Notes under the pieces: model-generated | Seen by the model: the letters and a program-made list of their open reading frames with translations, nothing else | Database searches by the model: none | Told to the model about the DNA's origin: nothing | Made by a program: the position numbers and the translations under genes | Shown here: one piece after another, positions 23,900 through 36,663 of the stretch | How the letters are laid out: every line of letters starts with the position of its first letter | Position numbering within the stretch: the stretch's first letter is position 1 | From: Octopus sinensis | Lineage: Eukaryota | Direction: 5' to 3' | Assembly: GCF_006345805.1 (NCBI RefSeq) | Contig: NC_043000.1 | Coordinates: 82,026,001 to 82,090,000, forward strand | Length of the DNA stretch: 64,000 bases

Positions 23900-24900
23900 A
23901 ATTTAAAGTAATCAAAATGAAGCCTCTGCTATGAAACTTTGGACAGATTTAAATACACCTTGTATTCTTCGCACACAGAAGCGCAGATGTATTTATATTT
24001 ACTGAAAGTTTAGTGCACAAAATAAATTAATACATTCATTTATTCTATCATTTCGTCACACCTATAAACTCTACAAGTACTTTTTGCACTGTAAGTCTTC
24101 TCCTTATTGCTAAGCAATATCATATTGCTATGTAAAGTATTAATTTGTCCTGTTATTTATTTCTTTTGCCATATAAATTCTGTGGTTTGTCTGTCTATGC
24201 TAATGTTCAGTAACATTTTTGCATTGTTATTTTCTGAAACAAGTGATGGAGGTCATTTTGGCCAGCTCTTAACAAGAATACTTTTCAAAGGCGTTCCAAC
24301 GGTGATAATTCCTTGTTTTTGCATGATTTTTTTTCTTTCTATTACATTGTCCACTATATCATTCTCTATTTGAAAGAAATGTGGCTACTGTTCCCAGTAG
24401 AGCTAGTTGTTGGCTCGTGTCAGTATTGTAAAAAAAAGTCTACCATTTTCCCATTCTTTCTTTAAAGAATTTCATCTCAGTGTAATGGAATTTGTGGCCT
24501 TCTTTCATTTTCTTGAACCCGTGAAGCGGAACCAAATCGAATGCTCTCTAAATAATCCACTCATAAAACAGATTCTTGTGTGCTCTCATATCATACTTTA
24601 CTGTACTCTGTTGTCAATCAGGAATTGGCTAGTCGTCCAGAAATACTTGGGAGTATCCTCTTCAGGAATGAAACTGTTCGGGGAGTGATTCATATTGTGC
24701 CTATAGACAGGAAAAGGTCAATGGTGAGATAAGCACTCCATTGGTCTTTTCTTGGGGGTCATTATTGTCCATCGAACATCACGCAATCCAGGGTGTTACC
24801 GATTTATTTATATTTATTTGATATCAATAGCAGCTGTGGTTGCATTTGATTGCACTATTCCACTGTATTTCTGACTATGAGAGTGACAAGAGTGCTTGTA
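23900..24900 (-). mobile_element. Highly decayed ORF remnant, tentatively Penelope-like (thumb plus GIY-YIG)
   Basis: Stop-riddled translation HKNLFYEWII*RAFDLV..., KQGIITVGTPLKSILVKSWPK..KNV..RIYMAK..QYDIA loosely resembles the PLE thumb/EN pattern; hammerhead motif downstream; a second GIITVGTP fragment lies on + at ~26445-26468. Confidence 0.35.
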
Positions 24901-25436
24901 GCTTGATGTAGAACAAATACCACAAGGAACTTTTTTTTTAAATCGCGAGTTTCATGTCTATATCCTGTTTATATCCTTCGCTGATATATACAGGCAAAAG
25001 ATACGCACACACATGCACAGACATGCACGTGTATATTCGGTGGGATTCCGCACAGTTTCTGTCTACTAAATTTCACTCGTAAGGTATTGATGAAGCCAAG
25101 GTTATGCTGAAAGAGACATTTACAAAAGTTGTCGTGTAATGGACTCGAACTCGGAACCGTATGTTTGTGGAGTGAGTGTTTTAGCTAAACAATTATGCCT
25201 ATATCCAAATTATTAAAGCGAATGTTAAAAATTGACGTCATACAGATCTGTAGCTTACCAAATGACAACCAACAACAAGCTGGGATATTCTGAATGTCTG
25301 GACTGTTCTAGGAAAAGGCAACCACAACAACTCTTTCTATTCAATGCTCTTACCACTCTGTTGCTAATTCGTCGTCTGTTTCAAATCCAGATCACAGTTC
25401 TAGATTAGTTGAAATAAACATCAAAAGTATTGGAAA

Positions 25437-25770
25437 TCAAGCAAATCGACCCCAGGACTTATTTTTTGTAAGCCTAGTACTTATTCTATCGGTCTCCTTT
25501 GCCGAACCGTAAACACACCAGTATCGGTTGTCAAGCGATGTTAGGGGACAAACACAGACACACAAACATATATACACACACACACACACATATATACATA
25601 TATACGACGGGCTTCTTTCAGTTTCCGTCTAGCAAATCCACTCACAAAGCTTTGGTCGGCCCGAGGCTATAGTAGAAGACATTTGCCCAAGGTGCCACGT
25701 AGTGGGACTGAACTTGGAACCATGTAGTTGGTTAGCAAACTACTTACCACACAGCCACTCCTACGCCTAT
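25437..25770 (-). mobile_element. SINE family B copy
   Basis: Reverse complement of the tRNA-like head aggagtggctgtgtggtaag..ggttccaagttcagtccc plus the family body. Confidence 0.92.
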
Positions 25771-26741
25771 GGTATGGTGTTTCGAGGAAAATTTATCTGC
25801 TATTTGTAACAAGTCGAGTTACCACGTAAAGGTTCTCTCGTTTGTCGTGACCTGCCAATATTTTCAAAGTGGTGTGGGAAAAACAATTTATATTATACGA
25901 TGTTTACATTAGAATAAAATTAGCATAACATTAAAACGTTATGTTAGGTTGTCATATTAGTATAACATTAGCATAAACTTGTGTTAGTAGTCTCTCTCCA
26001 TGATGGCAGAGAGTATTCTTCATAAAGTTATTATACCCAATGGTAATGTTTTGAACACTTTGGTGTTATAGTACAGTGCCACGATACGATGCCAATAAGG
26101 GAGGTCCATATAAACACTTTGCTTATAAGCAATATTACTTTGAAGTCACCATATCACCTTCAAATCACATCTACTTGCCTTAAAATGGAAATGACAAATG
26201 AATAAGATAATATACTCACATATACTGTACTTGATGGCATAAAAGATGCACAGCCACATTAGAAGAACCCCAAGTTCAGCAGCTCATGTTCAGGAGGAAG
26301 ATCGCCAGGGAAGCTGGAAGGCCCAACTTTGCATATATATGGAGTGACTCATTGAGATATTCTTTTCTGAAAGAAAGTGTGTCTTATATGTCATCAAATA
26401 CGATACTCTTTCACGAAAAGTAAAAAAGAAAAAAAATAATGAAGGGATAATCACTGTTGGAACTCCTTGTGCCTTGATCGTAGCTTTTTCTCGATCAGAG
26501 CCGCCTTGTGGGGTAAACAATAACTACTATATTACTTTACAATACAAACAGAAGACAACAAAGAAGTTCCTACGCGATTCATTTGACTCGCTAGCAAAAG
26601 CAGTCAGAGTTTACTTCATATCCCATCATTGGATATTGTAGTTGTGTCTGAACAGAAGACTGATAGGAATGGGTGGATTGCACATGATCAGGAGTCAGTT
26701 CGATCAGGGTTGTCCTGGGACAAACAACAATAGCAACAACT

Positions 26742-26772
26742 GCTGCTGCTACTACTACTACTGCTACTGCTG

Positions 26773-26843
<71 letters not shown>
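26742..26843. repeat. (CTG)n/(CTA)n trinucleotide microsatellite
   Basis: Direct inspection. Confidence 0.95.
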
Positions 26844-26844
<1 letters not shown>

Positions 26845-29430
26845 GAGAGAGAGATAGAGAGAAGACAGGTCGTGCACATACATATCTCACCTGGGCAAGA
26901 TAAACACCAATAAAGCCAGTATATTTGTTTTTCGCTACACTATTACACCATGATAATGGTCCAGAATAATGACTCGGTTACTTTGCTGAAAACTGAATGA
27001 TAGGATTCTATTGTGCTATATATTATTTCTCCAACCTCACAAGGCTTTGGTCAGGCAGTATGGGTAAATACAAAGCAGGTTTTCTTTTCTGACGGAGTGT
27101 TAAAAACAATATTTTGCAAGTGAGAGGTTTGAATAGTTTCCATCGATATCATTGGCAGAAGCTCTATAAATGGCGACAGCTAGACATAAAATAACTTGTG
27201 GTGTAATAGTTTTTGTTGGTTGAAATTATGAGTCATATCCGTTCTATTATAGAGGTGCTAACTTAAAGTGTTTGCAAAATGGTCGCCGCTGCTTAGGTCT
27301 TTCCGGTTGGTGTTCCTGGATTATCTTCCATTTTCAGTCTTCTCTCTCTTCCTTTCTCCCTCTCTCTCTCTTTCTTTCCCTCCCTCTCTCTTCTCTCTCT
27401 CTCTCTCTCTCTGTCATTTGCTCCCTCATTTCTGCCTCGTACTACTCCTTCTCTCACACTCACGTTCTCACAGTTTCTCCACGGCCTTCACTTCCTTTCC
27501 CTCTCTGTCTCTGTCTGTTTCTTATCCTCTCTATAAACAACCACATATACATTTCAATGCCTCTACCACTACCACAAACACCACTATCACCACCACCATC
27601 ACCATTATTGCCGATACACCACCACTGTCAACTCCAGTGTCAGCACTAAGCACATGCATACATGCATACACATACGTTCATATGCATACGTACATGCATG
27701 CATGAATACCAATGCACATATACATACACAGTGTCACACACATACATACATACATATACGTATACACACTCATACACACATACATAGATACATATCCCCC
27801 ACACATACATACGCATGCATACATATATACTCACATACACATATATATATAAACATACACATTCATACCCACACTCATACACGTATGTATACATAAATAC
27901 ATACAAATACATACATTCATATATACACACATGTATATATTAATACACACGTTTGCTCCGATAAACAGAACTATATCAAATTTTATTTAATAAATTTGCA
28001 AAAGTGCAGCCTAAAGCTACTTGCTTTGTTGGAATTGGTAAAACTGAATCTGAATAAATTCTTCAGAAGCTGTCCGACGCTCTTAGACCATTGTCGAAAT
28101 TGGTAAACACGATTAAAAATTTTTATTTTTATTTTTTAAATGAAGAATTTAGATATCCTTCTTGAAAATTCTAAATTCATAAACTAGCCTCGCCTTTGTC
28201 TTCACAAAGATGTTTATGAAATAAAATTAAATAAAATGAAATGAAATGCAAATTTTAAATTTTAGATTTTTTTAAACTTGTTCTTTTTTTTTAATGTTGT
28301 GGTTTAGATATTTTTTGTCCTAGAATCTGTTGAATTGTGAATAAAAAAAAAATAAAACAAACCAAAGAAGAAAGAATCAAATTTAAAAATAAATAAATAA
28401 ATCTAAACGACAATTTTTTTCCTACCAGTAATTCTATCTTTTATTTTTATGCTTGATTTTCACGAACGACTTTGAAATATGGAGTTGTGAAAATGAAAAT
28501 AAGGCTTCTTTTCGTGTTTCTGACGTCAAGAGATAAAACTACATGTTTGATTCATGCAAACTATTTGTACTTTGTACATTGAGAAAGGTATTATATTTCA
28601 CTCCATGATTCTCAACACAGAATATATCAAGCCAATGAGTGAGTTCTTGATTTTCTTTCGAACAACTAAAAATAGCAGACAAATCTCTCACCTCCGAACC
28701 ATACATTTCCATATTGGAGAAGGAAAGGCCCCGTTAGACTGTGTAGTACAGAGTACACTTTTTCTGAAATTAAGGTGATGAGGTGGTCATATCCCAGATA
28801 CCTTTGATCCTTCACTTAACCAATCAGAGAAGAAACTAAGTTAAACATCAACAAAGTTGGAAATTAAGACAAACGTTTCAACAATGGCAGCCATTAGAAA
28901 TAGCTTTGCAGATGTTTTGAATGTAGTTTAAAACAGCAAAAAGGGACGAAAAATTTTCCCAACTGATTAAATTTTCCCAGCTGAGACAAGCTTTTCGAAA
29001 ATGTCATCTATAATAAAGATTTGTAGTGAGTTACACGACTGAAGTTTCAAACAGCATATGCTCTCATCCATGTGAGATTAATTTTCCTAAAATGCTGAAC
29101 ACATCGGAAGCTGAGACGAACGTTTTAACAATAGAAACCATTTCAAAGCCTGTGATGTATCAAGTGATTGAAATATAAACCAGATTAGTGTGAACTAAGT
29201 GAAAATAAATTTGTTATAAAATGTTATTAAATGTAAGGGGGAAGATAATCAGTTTACTGTCCTCAATGTCTTGACATAAAACAACAAACACAACAAACTC
29301 AATATAACAGCTAAGTACTATTCTCTATCGTGATTGTATGTTGTTGAGTTGAATATGATGCAAAAACTTAAGTGGAGAAGACTATGAAGGTATGTAGCAA
29401 TAATGTGAGTATATATACATGTATAATATG

Positions 29431-29484
<54 letters not shown>

Positions 29485-29561
29485 GTGTATGTGTATAATG
29501 TGTATATATATATATACATATATTTTTTCTGTACATATATATTTCTTTATATGTATGTATG

Positions 29562-29664
29562 TTGCGAGGATGATCCGGTTCTTGACTGAAGATTAGAGGC
29601 TTCGAATGACCCGTCCGCTTTTTTTGTGTCGTCTATTTGAATGTTTTGCGTTCTTGTCCCATTT

Positions 29665-29709
<45 letters not shown>

Positions 29710-29965
29710 GTAAAAATAATTACAGACATGGACAAGAACATGAAAACCAAAGAGACGACACAAGAACCACAGGACGGGACATTCGAAGCCCTCAGTCATC
29801 AGTCAAGAACCAGATCATCTTAGCAATTTCGGCTGATTAAATCTTGAGATTGCTCCGATTGGGCAGCCGCCAAGGGAAATCTAAGCCAAGCGCATTAGAT
29901 CCCCTGGAAGAAAGCTTCGAAAGTATACAACACGAGGACGGAAAACGAACGAAGTACACGAACAA
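29562..29965. mobile_element. Tail-to-tail pair of 12383-family fragments around (TA)n
   Basis: 29562-29668 (+) and 29703-29965 (-) both contain gatgatc(c/t)ggttcttgaCTGA(A/T)GA..ggcttCGAATg. Confidence 0.75.
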
Positions 29966-30182
29966 AAATACATATATATATATATATGTATGTGTGTGTG
30001 TATGTATATATTTATATTTATATTAATATTAATATATTTAGGGGAGAAGAAATATAGTTGATTGAATAGCTCTTAATATCATACTAGGTCTGTTAGAGGC
30101 CTGGAGAATGTTACACCGAAAACTTCAAGTGATATTTGAATTTAAGACACCCTTTTAACTATGTCTTTTTTTACCTGCCGGT

Positions 30183-30335
30183 GAAGGTGCGCGGCTTGGT
30201 GGTTAGGGTACTCGGCTCTGGATCGAAAGGTCGTGCGTTCGATCACCGGCGGCGCATTGTGTACTTGAGCAAGACACTTTATCTCAAGTTGATCCAGTCC
30301 ACCCAGCTGTCAAAAAATGAGCAGCATTTCAAAGG
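30183..30335 (+). mobile_element. tRNA-derived SINE family C (related heads at 39945-40050 minus and 46137-46255 plus)
   Basis: gcgcggcttggtggttagg (A box), cgttcgatcacc (B box), then ttgtgtacttgagcaagacacttta. Confidence 0.7.
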
Positions 30336-30486
30336 ATCAGTTGACCTTGTTGGAATTTGAAGTCAATGCGTAATGACGGACAAAATGTCACTAAGTATTC
30401 TGTCCGGTATGCAAACAATTCTGTCAGTTTGCTGTCTTTCACTGCATTAATAATAATAAGATAATAATAATAATATAATAATAATA

Positions 30487-30527
<41 letters not shown>

Positions 30528-30612
30528 TGATAATAATAATAATAATAATAATAAATAATATAATAATAATAATAATAATAAATAATAATAAAATAATAAT
30601 AATAATAAATAA

Positions 30613-31163
30613 TGCATCTCTGATCACGAGCATATGTGCATCTCTGATCACGAGCAGAAGTAGTGGGGGAGCATCATAGCCATGTAATTGTCTTGGTATA
30701 AAAGATGGGCTACAGCAAATATTCTGCTCAATACCACAGATTTGCTTGTCAGTTGTTTGACCTTAACCAGTTGAGCATGTCCCTTAGTGGCTGACGATAT
30801 GTGCATCTCTGATCACGAGCAGAAGTAGTGGGGAGCATCATAGCCATGTGTTGAGAAGGGTTCTTTGGGGTTTGAATAATTCACCTCTGGAAACATGGGT
30901 GTTTCGTTCAACGTCCTTAAACAGCCCTTATTCAGGGACCTTTTGAGCGGGATGGGTTACTCGATCTGAAGAAAATTCTAACTGGGCCCCACCTGCAAGG
31001 TCATGTGCTGTTTATCTTGATATGAGATCACCATGTCGCGCACATATGGTTGTGATGCATGTGCCTGGTGTACCCTTATCAGACGGGTAGTCATGATGGG
31101 TATACTGGGCCTCGTATATTTTACCCCAGTGTCACTTTGATGGCATGCTCTGCTCGCTCACTC
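30613..31163. mobile_element. ~550-bp (AAT)n-embedded element, copy 2, with rearranged left end
   Basis: 30686-31163 matches ~4829-5305; 30613-30685 is a duplicated internal segment. Confidence 0.85.
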
Positions 31164-31185
31164 AATAATAATAATAATAATAATA

Positions 31186-31635
31186 ATCCTTTCTGCTATA
31201 CGCACAAGGCCTGAAATTTGAGGTAGGGGACTAGTGGATTACATCGACGCCAGTGCGTAACTGGTACTTATTTCATCGACTCCGAAAGAATGAAAGGCAA
31301 AGTTGACTTCGATGGAATTTGAACTCGGAACCTATGGACAGACGAAATGCCAGTAAGCATTTTGTCAGGAGTGCTAACGATTCTACCAGCTCGCCGCTTT
31401 AATAATAAAACTGATCCTTTCTAGTATAGGCACAATGCCTGAAATTTGGGAAGGGGACTAGTCAATTACATCAACTCCAGTGTTTCACATGTACTTAATT
31501 TATCGACCCTGAGAGAATGAAAGGCAAAGTCGGAATATGAACTCAGAGGTGCAAACGGACGAAATGTCGCTAAGCATTTCGTCCGGTGTGCTAACGATTC
31601 TGCCAGCTCACCGCTTTAGTAATAATAATGATAAA

Positions 31636-31718
<83 letters not shown>

Positions 31719-31931
31719 CTTTTCTACTCTAGACACAAGGCCCGAAATTTTTGGGGAGGGGGCCAGTCAATTAGATCTATCCAGTACGCAACTGGTACAT
31801 AATTTATCGACCCCGAAAGGATGAAAGGCAAAGTCTACCTCGGCGGAATTTGAACTCAGAACGTAGCGACAGACGAAACACCGCTAAGCATTTCGCCCGG
31901 CGTGCTAACGATTCTGCCAGCTCGCCGCCTT
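31186..31931 (-). mobile_element. Three head-to-tail SINE family A copies (31186-31400, 31414-31617, 31717-31931) separated by AAT repeats
   Basis: Each reads as the reverse complement of aaggcggcgagctggcagaatcgttagc..gagttcaaattcc..tttcatcc..gaaagga(tta)n. Confidence 0.92.
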
Positions 31932-32006
31932 AACAACAACAACAACAACAACAGCAGCAGCAGCAGCAACAGCAACAACAACAACAACAACAGCAACAAC
32001 AACAGC

Positions 32007-32044
<38 letters not shown>

Positions 32045-32050
<6 letters not shown>

Positions 32051-32524
32051 GGAATCCATGAACTAGATAAGACACAACACACACAAATGAAAGAGAAAAT
32101 AAAAAAAGAATATTATAGACGAGTTAGATCAATACTAAAAACAGAGCTCAATGCTAAAAACAAGATAATAGGTATTAACACTTTAGCAGTCCCAGTTATA
32201 AGTTACAGCTACAATATCCTTAACTGGACACGAAATGAACTGACCAAAATAGATAGGAAAACAAGAAAAATAATGACAGGGTCTAGGATGCATCACCCAA
32301 AATCTGACATAGAAAGACTATATATAAAACGTATAGAAGGTGGTAGAGGCCTTATACAACTGGAAAACTACTATAAAATAACCACCATAGGACTGCAAAA
32401 ATATCTACTTCAGAAGGAAGGAAAACTGATACAAATAGCGGCAAAACACGAGCAAAACAAAAATCTGTTCTCAGTATTTAAGGAAGCTGACAAATACAAA
32501 CAAGAAATCATACCACCTAATAAA

Positions 32525-32555
<31 letters not shown>

Positions 32556-33523
32556 AAGAAGAAGAAGAAGAAGAAGAGAAGAAGAAGAAGAAGAAGAAGA
32601 AAAGAAGAAGAAGAAGAAGAAGAAACACAAAAGCTATAAAACAAATGAAATCCAAACTAAAAATAGAACAGCAACGAACCATGATAAAACGATGGCAAGA
32701 AAAGCCCCTTCATGGTAAATACTGGACTAAACTAAACGCAAAAGAAATAGACAAAGAAAAATCCCAGCAGTGGTTGAAAAGCTCAGGACTCAAAGAAGAA
32801 ACAGAGGGATTTTTAATTGCAAGCCTCCCCACCAGAAATTACCAAAAACATGTAATGAAAAGAAACATAAGTAACTGCAGAATATGTGGAGATGGACAAG
32901 AAACAATAAATCATATATCTAGCTGCCCAGTCCTGGCTAAGAAGGAATATATTCACAGACATGACAGAGTTGGAACCTACATATATTGGAAGCTATGCCA
33001 ACATTATGGAATAACAACAGAAAAAAGATGGTATAGGCACACACCAGAAAAGGTCTCAGAAAACGAGAAAGCAAACATACTCTGGGATATGCCGATACAC
33101 ACAGATAGAGAAATAAAGGCCAACAGGCCAGATATAGTTGTCAGAGATCATGAAGAAAAAAAATGCTTCCTAATTGATGTATCAATACCGGCAAATGACA
33201 ACGTGTCTCTAAAAGAAATGGAGAAACTCTCAAAATACAAAGACCTGGAAATAGAGGTAACCAGAATGTGGAATCTGAAAACAGAAACAATTCCTATCAT
33301 AGTAGGTGCATTAGGCATGATAAAAAAATATTCAGACAAAAACACCAGGACTTACAAACACATAACATACAGAAAATTGCACTACTAGGCACTGCACACA
33401 TCCTACGCAGAACACTTTCCATACAATAACCATCAGAGCATCACAACAAATCACAGCACATACCCAAGGCACACAGAGCTGCGCTCGGTAGTGAAGTGAA
33501 AGCACGCTATAAAAATAAAACTA

Positions 33524-33526
<3 letters not shown>
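32045..33526 (+). mobile_element. R4/Dong-type non-LTR retrotransposon, 5'-truncated (RT C-terminus, CCHC, restriction-like endonuclease, 3' UTR)
   Basis: YLGI..YYRRVRSILKTELNAKNKIIGINTLAVPVISYS..HPKSDIERLYIKRIEGGRGLIQLE; CRICGDGQETINHISSC; RPDIVVRD..FLIDVSIP..KEMEKLSKYKDL (PD-D..K); ends IQKIALLGTAHILRRTLSIQ* after a frameshift; flanked by (AAT)n on both sides. Confidence 0.95.
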
Positions 33527-33585
<59 letters not shown>

Positions 33586-33587
33586 TA

Positions 33588-33787
33588 ATTCTTTCTACAA
33601 TTGGAACAAGGTCAGCAACTTGAGAAAAGGAAGTCAATCACATCAACCCAAGTCCTCAACTAGTATTTATTATATTGACCCCGAAAGGAAGAAAGGCAAA
33701 GTCGACCTTGGCGGCATTTGAACTCAAAACGTAAAATGTCGGGAAAAATGCCGCAAAGCATTTTGTCCGGCGCGCAAACGATGCTGT
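33588..33787 (-). mobile_element. SINE family A copy (diverged)
   Basis: gaccccgaaaggaagaaaggcaaagtcgaccttggcggcatttgaactc. Confidence 0.85.
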
Positions 33788-34599
33788 TGAAAAAATAACC
33801 TGAGCCATGGGAAGAAGTGATGCTCTCAACTTTGAAAGATTCTTATAAAAATATATAACCACAAGCCAAAAAAATTTTTTTTAATCTACATTGAATTAGG
33901 AATGAGAGCGTGACACTTTCAAATGACGTAGGATCTGAAGAAATAATAGAGAATGATATAGTTGGTTTACTTGTGAATCATACAAACTGAGTAAAAGCAA
34001 GCTGAGAATACAGAGATTCACAGAAACTGACTGCAAAGAATATTGCTACAGGTCTGGTATTTATAGAGACAAGTATGTAAGTTTTTGATGATAACAACTT
34101 TAATTGTAAACGTAACATAAAACGTACAAGAGATGATGTACAATAAGCAACCAATTTGGTATAAGTTCTTGCCCCCCCCCCCCAAGTAGATGTTAACGAT
34201 GGTGGTAAACTGTTAAATAGAAGAGTATCTCACATCCTAATAGTAACTCTTATTTCCCCACCACCTCTCATACAGTTGTCCACATCTTTTATGATAAGAA
34301 CGAGCCATACTACGCCATCATTATTCTTATTTATTCCCTTTACGAATTAAAAAAAAATATTTTTATGCACAATATATATTGTACTTATTTTTTTTACATA
34401 AAAGTAGTCGTGTTGCTAGTTTTTTTTTTCTTTTGTTGCTTTTTTTCGAAAATACCCGTCGAACGCATTATCGCATTATAGCATGAAAATCAATGGGAAA
34501 ATAAATTTCACATGACGAGATCTCACGTTATGTCAATTTTGTTTTTCAGGAATGCATTACTCCCGGAACAGAGGGAATTCCTGGAATATTGACCTTATA

Positions 34600-35330
34600 A
34601 ACTTTTAATACGTCCGCACATTCATTTCAGGCACAAATTAATTCGAACAAGACTATGCTTTTATTACAATTCGTTATTACTACTATAGTTTTAAAATCGA
34701 ATCCATTGAACTGGAAAAATAATGGATGGCTTTTCAAAACTTCTGGTTGCCTAGTTAATATACAAAAGTTCTTTGGAATTACGGTAACCTCACGACTGCA
34801 ATCCAGTTGTATATCCAAACAAACGTTATTTAGTTTAACAGGAAGTGCGCTTTTTTTTTCTTTGTTTTGTAGTGTATTTATTTCAGTGTTAAATCTTTCA
34901 TCTTCAATTTGTTATATTCGTTCCACAATTTTCATTTTACAGCTACAAACTGACATCTGCAGCATATCCATTCAAATGCAATATTTACCTTTAATAAATG
35001 CGTGTTTATAACCACAAAATTTACATAGAGTAACTTTTTTTCATTTTTGCTACGTGACAGACATCAGCAATCTTAGGCTGTACTTCACGAGAAATGTCGA
35101 CTCTGATAAAATGCAATATGATTTCCTGATGATCTTTGAAGTTCACACATTCATCGACTGACAGATTTTCCCCAGAATCCTTGATTTATGTGATGTCTGA
35201 TACATGCCTTCATTTGATATATACCTTCACTGAATCACATTTGCATCAATTTATCTTCAGTACTTTGGTCACTTTGACCGAAAATTATTGAACTCACATC
35301 AAAACCTGTTACAACAACGACGCACAATTT
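34600..35330 (-). mobile_element. Decayed Ty3/Gypsy gag-protease remnant
   Basis: Minus-strand pieces CKFCGYKHAFIKGKYC / AFEWICCRCQ..FVAVK (gag zinc-knuckle pattern), followed by LDIQLDCSREVTVIPK..FNG (retropepsin-like LDTG..VTVIP); many stops and frameshifts. Confidence 0.5.
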
Positions 35331-35455
35331 CTACGATAGATCTATTCGATTCTTGAGATATAATCTAGCTTACTCGGCGATGGGCAGCTTTTTTTCAGGA
35401 CTCACATTATTCATTATGGTCTCACCTATCGTACTGGAACACATATCCTCTAGCT

Positions 35456-36373
35456 CAGTGATTCCCAACGTGGGGCATATTCTCAAGCCAAAGGGCCTGG
35501 GAAAAGTGTAGTGGGGCGAGAAATCCCAAATTTTTTCTTTTTTTTTTTGAGTGGGTGTGTGGTAAGTAGCTTGCTTACGCACCACATGGTTCCGGGTTCA
35601 GTCCCACTGCGTGGCATCTTCTACTATGACCTCGGGCCGACCAAAGCTTTGTGAGTGGATTTGGTAGACGGAAACTGAAAGAAGCCCGTTGTATATATGT
35701 ATATATATATGTGTGTGTGTGTGTGTGGTGTGTGTGTGTGTGTATATGTTTGTGTGTCTGTGTTTGTCCCCTCCCCCAACATCGCTTGACAACCGATGCT
35801 GGTGTGTTTACGTGCCCGTAACTAAGCAGTTCAGCAAAAGAAACCGATAGAATAAGTACTAGGCTTACAAAGAATAAGTCCTGGAGGTCGATTTGCTCCA
35901 GCATGGCCACAGTCAAATGACTGAAACAAGTAAAAGAGTGGCACATGGAATTGTGAAAATCTTTTTTCACAGCAAACATACTACACCTATACTCAGCCTA
36001 GCTAAACCAGTTCCTTTGGCCAAGCATACTGTGTGAGGGCTGTTTGCTACAACATAGTGCTATTCTAATGCCATAGTGAGAGTAGCGGACTTGAAATTAC
36101 AAAACGTGGTGATTTACGACTGAGGCAAACAAAATTGCCTTCTCGAATCAAGGAGATCTGCTGTAGTTGCTGGGCACAAAGTAATTCAATTAGTCAATAA
36201 TGTACTGTATTTTGTACTCAATACTTAATAAAAGAATTACCGGTTGATTTTTTTTGTATTAAATAATTGTGATGAAATATTAAAAATAAAGCTTTTTTCC
36301 TGCAACTAGTGGAACATAAATTTTTCTCAAAGGTTACAGTGGGGCCTGGGGGAAAATAGGTTAGCTAACACTG
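35456..36373 (+). mobile_element. hAT (Charlie/Buster-like) deletion derivative containing a nested SINE B
   Basis: Ends cagtgattcccaac ... gttagctaacactg; 8-bp flanks ctctagct / tcctagct; C-terminal transposase fragment LEITKRGDLRLRQTKLPSRIKEI at ~36090-36160. Confidence 0.7.
35549..35939 (+). mobile_element. SINE family B copy
   Basis: gtgtggtaagtagcttgc..ggttccgggttcagtcccactgcgtggca..(TA/TG)n..gactgaaacaagtaaaagagt. Confidence 0.95.
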
Positions 36374-36663
36374 TCCTAGCTACATCAGATGAACCATTAG
36401 TTAATAACTCCAGCGGAGTCTCAAAACTGGTCTTTGATAGAAATAAATGAACGATCTCTTTTGAAACGTTGCTTTCATTATCTTTGCTTTCTATTAAAAT
36501 ATTTCAGCAAGGTTAGGATCAGATAACTCACAATCGGAATCTATCAGCGATTAATTATGGGATAAATAATTCAGAATTCATAACAGATGTTTCAACAAGG
36601 AACATTTATATGACAACAAATGACAATTCGTAACTGGAGATTCAACATGACGTTTATTTAAAG

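Noticed and set aside
27270-27310. YY1-like (caaaatggtcgccg) and Ets-like (ttccgg) motifs as a promoter
   Set aside because: Short motifs expected by chance; no CpG island or downstream exon supports them.
32087-33388. An intact, active retrotransposon or host gene
   Set aside because: 5'-truncated (lacks most of RT), with an in-frame stop at 32525 and a C-terminal frameshift.
30447-33600. Repeat-spacer alternation as a CRISPR-like array
   Set aside because: The repeats are variable-length AAT microsatellite and the spacers are recognisable retroposons of 200-1500 bp.
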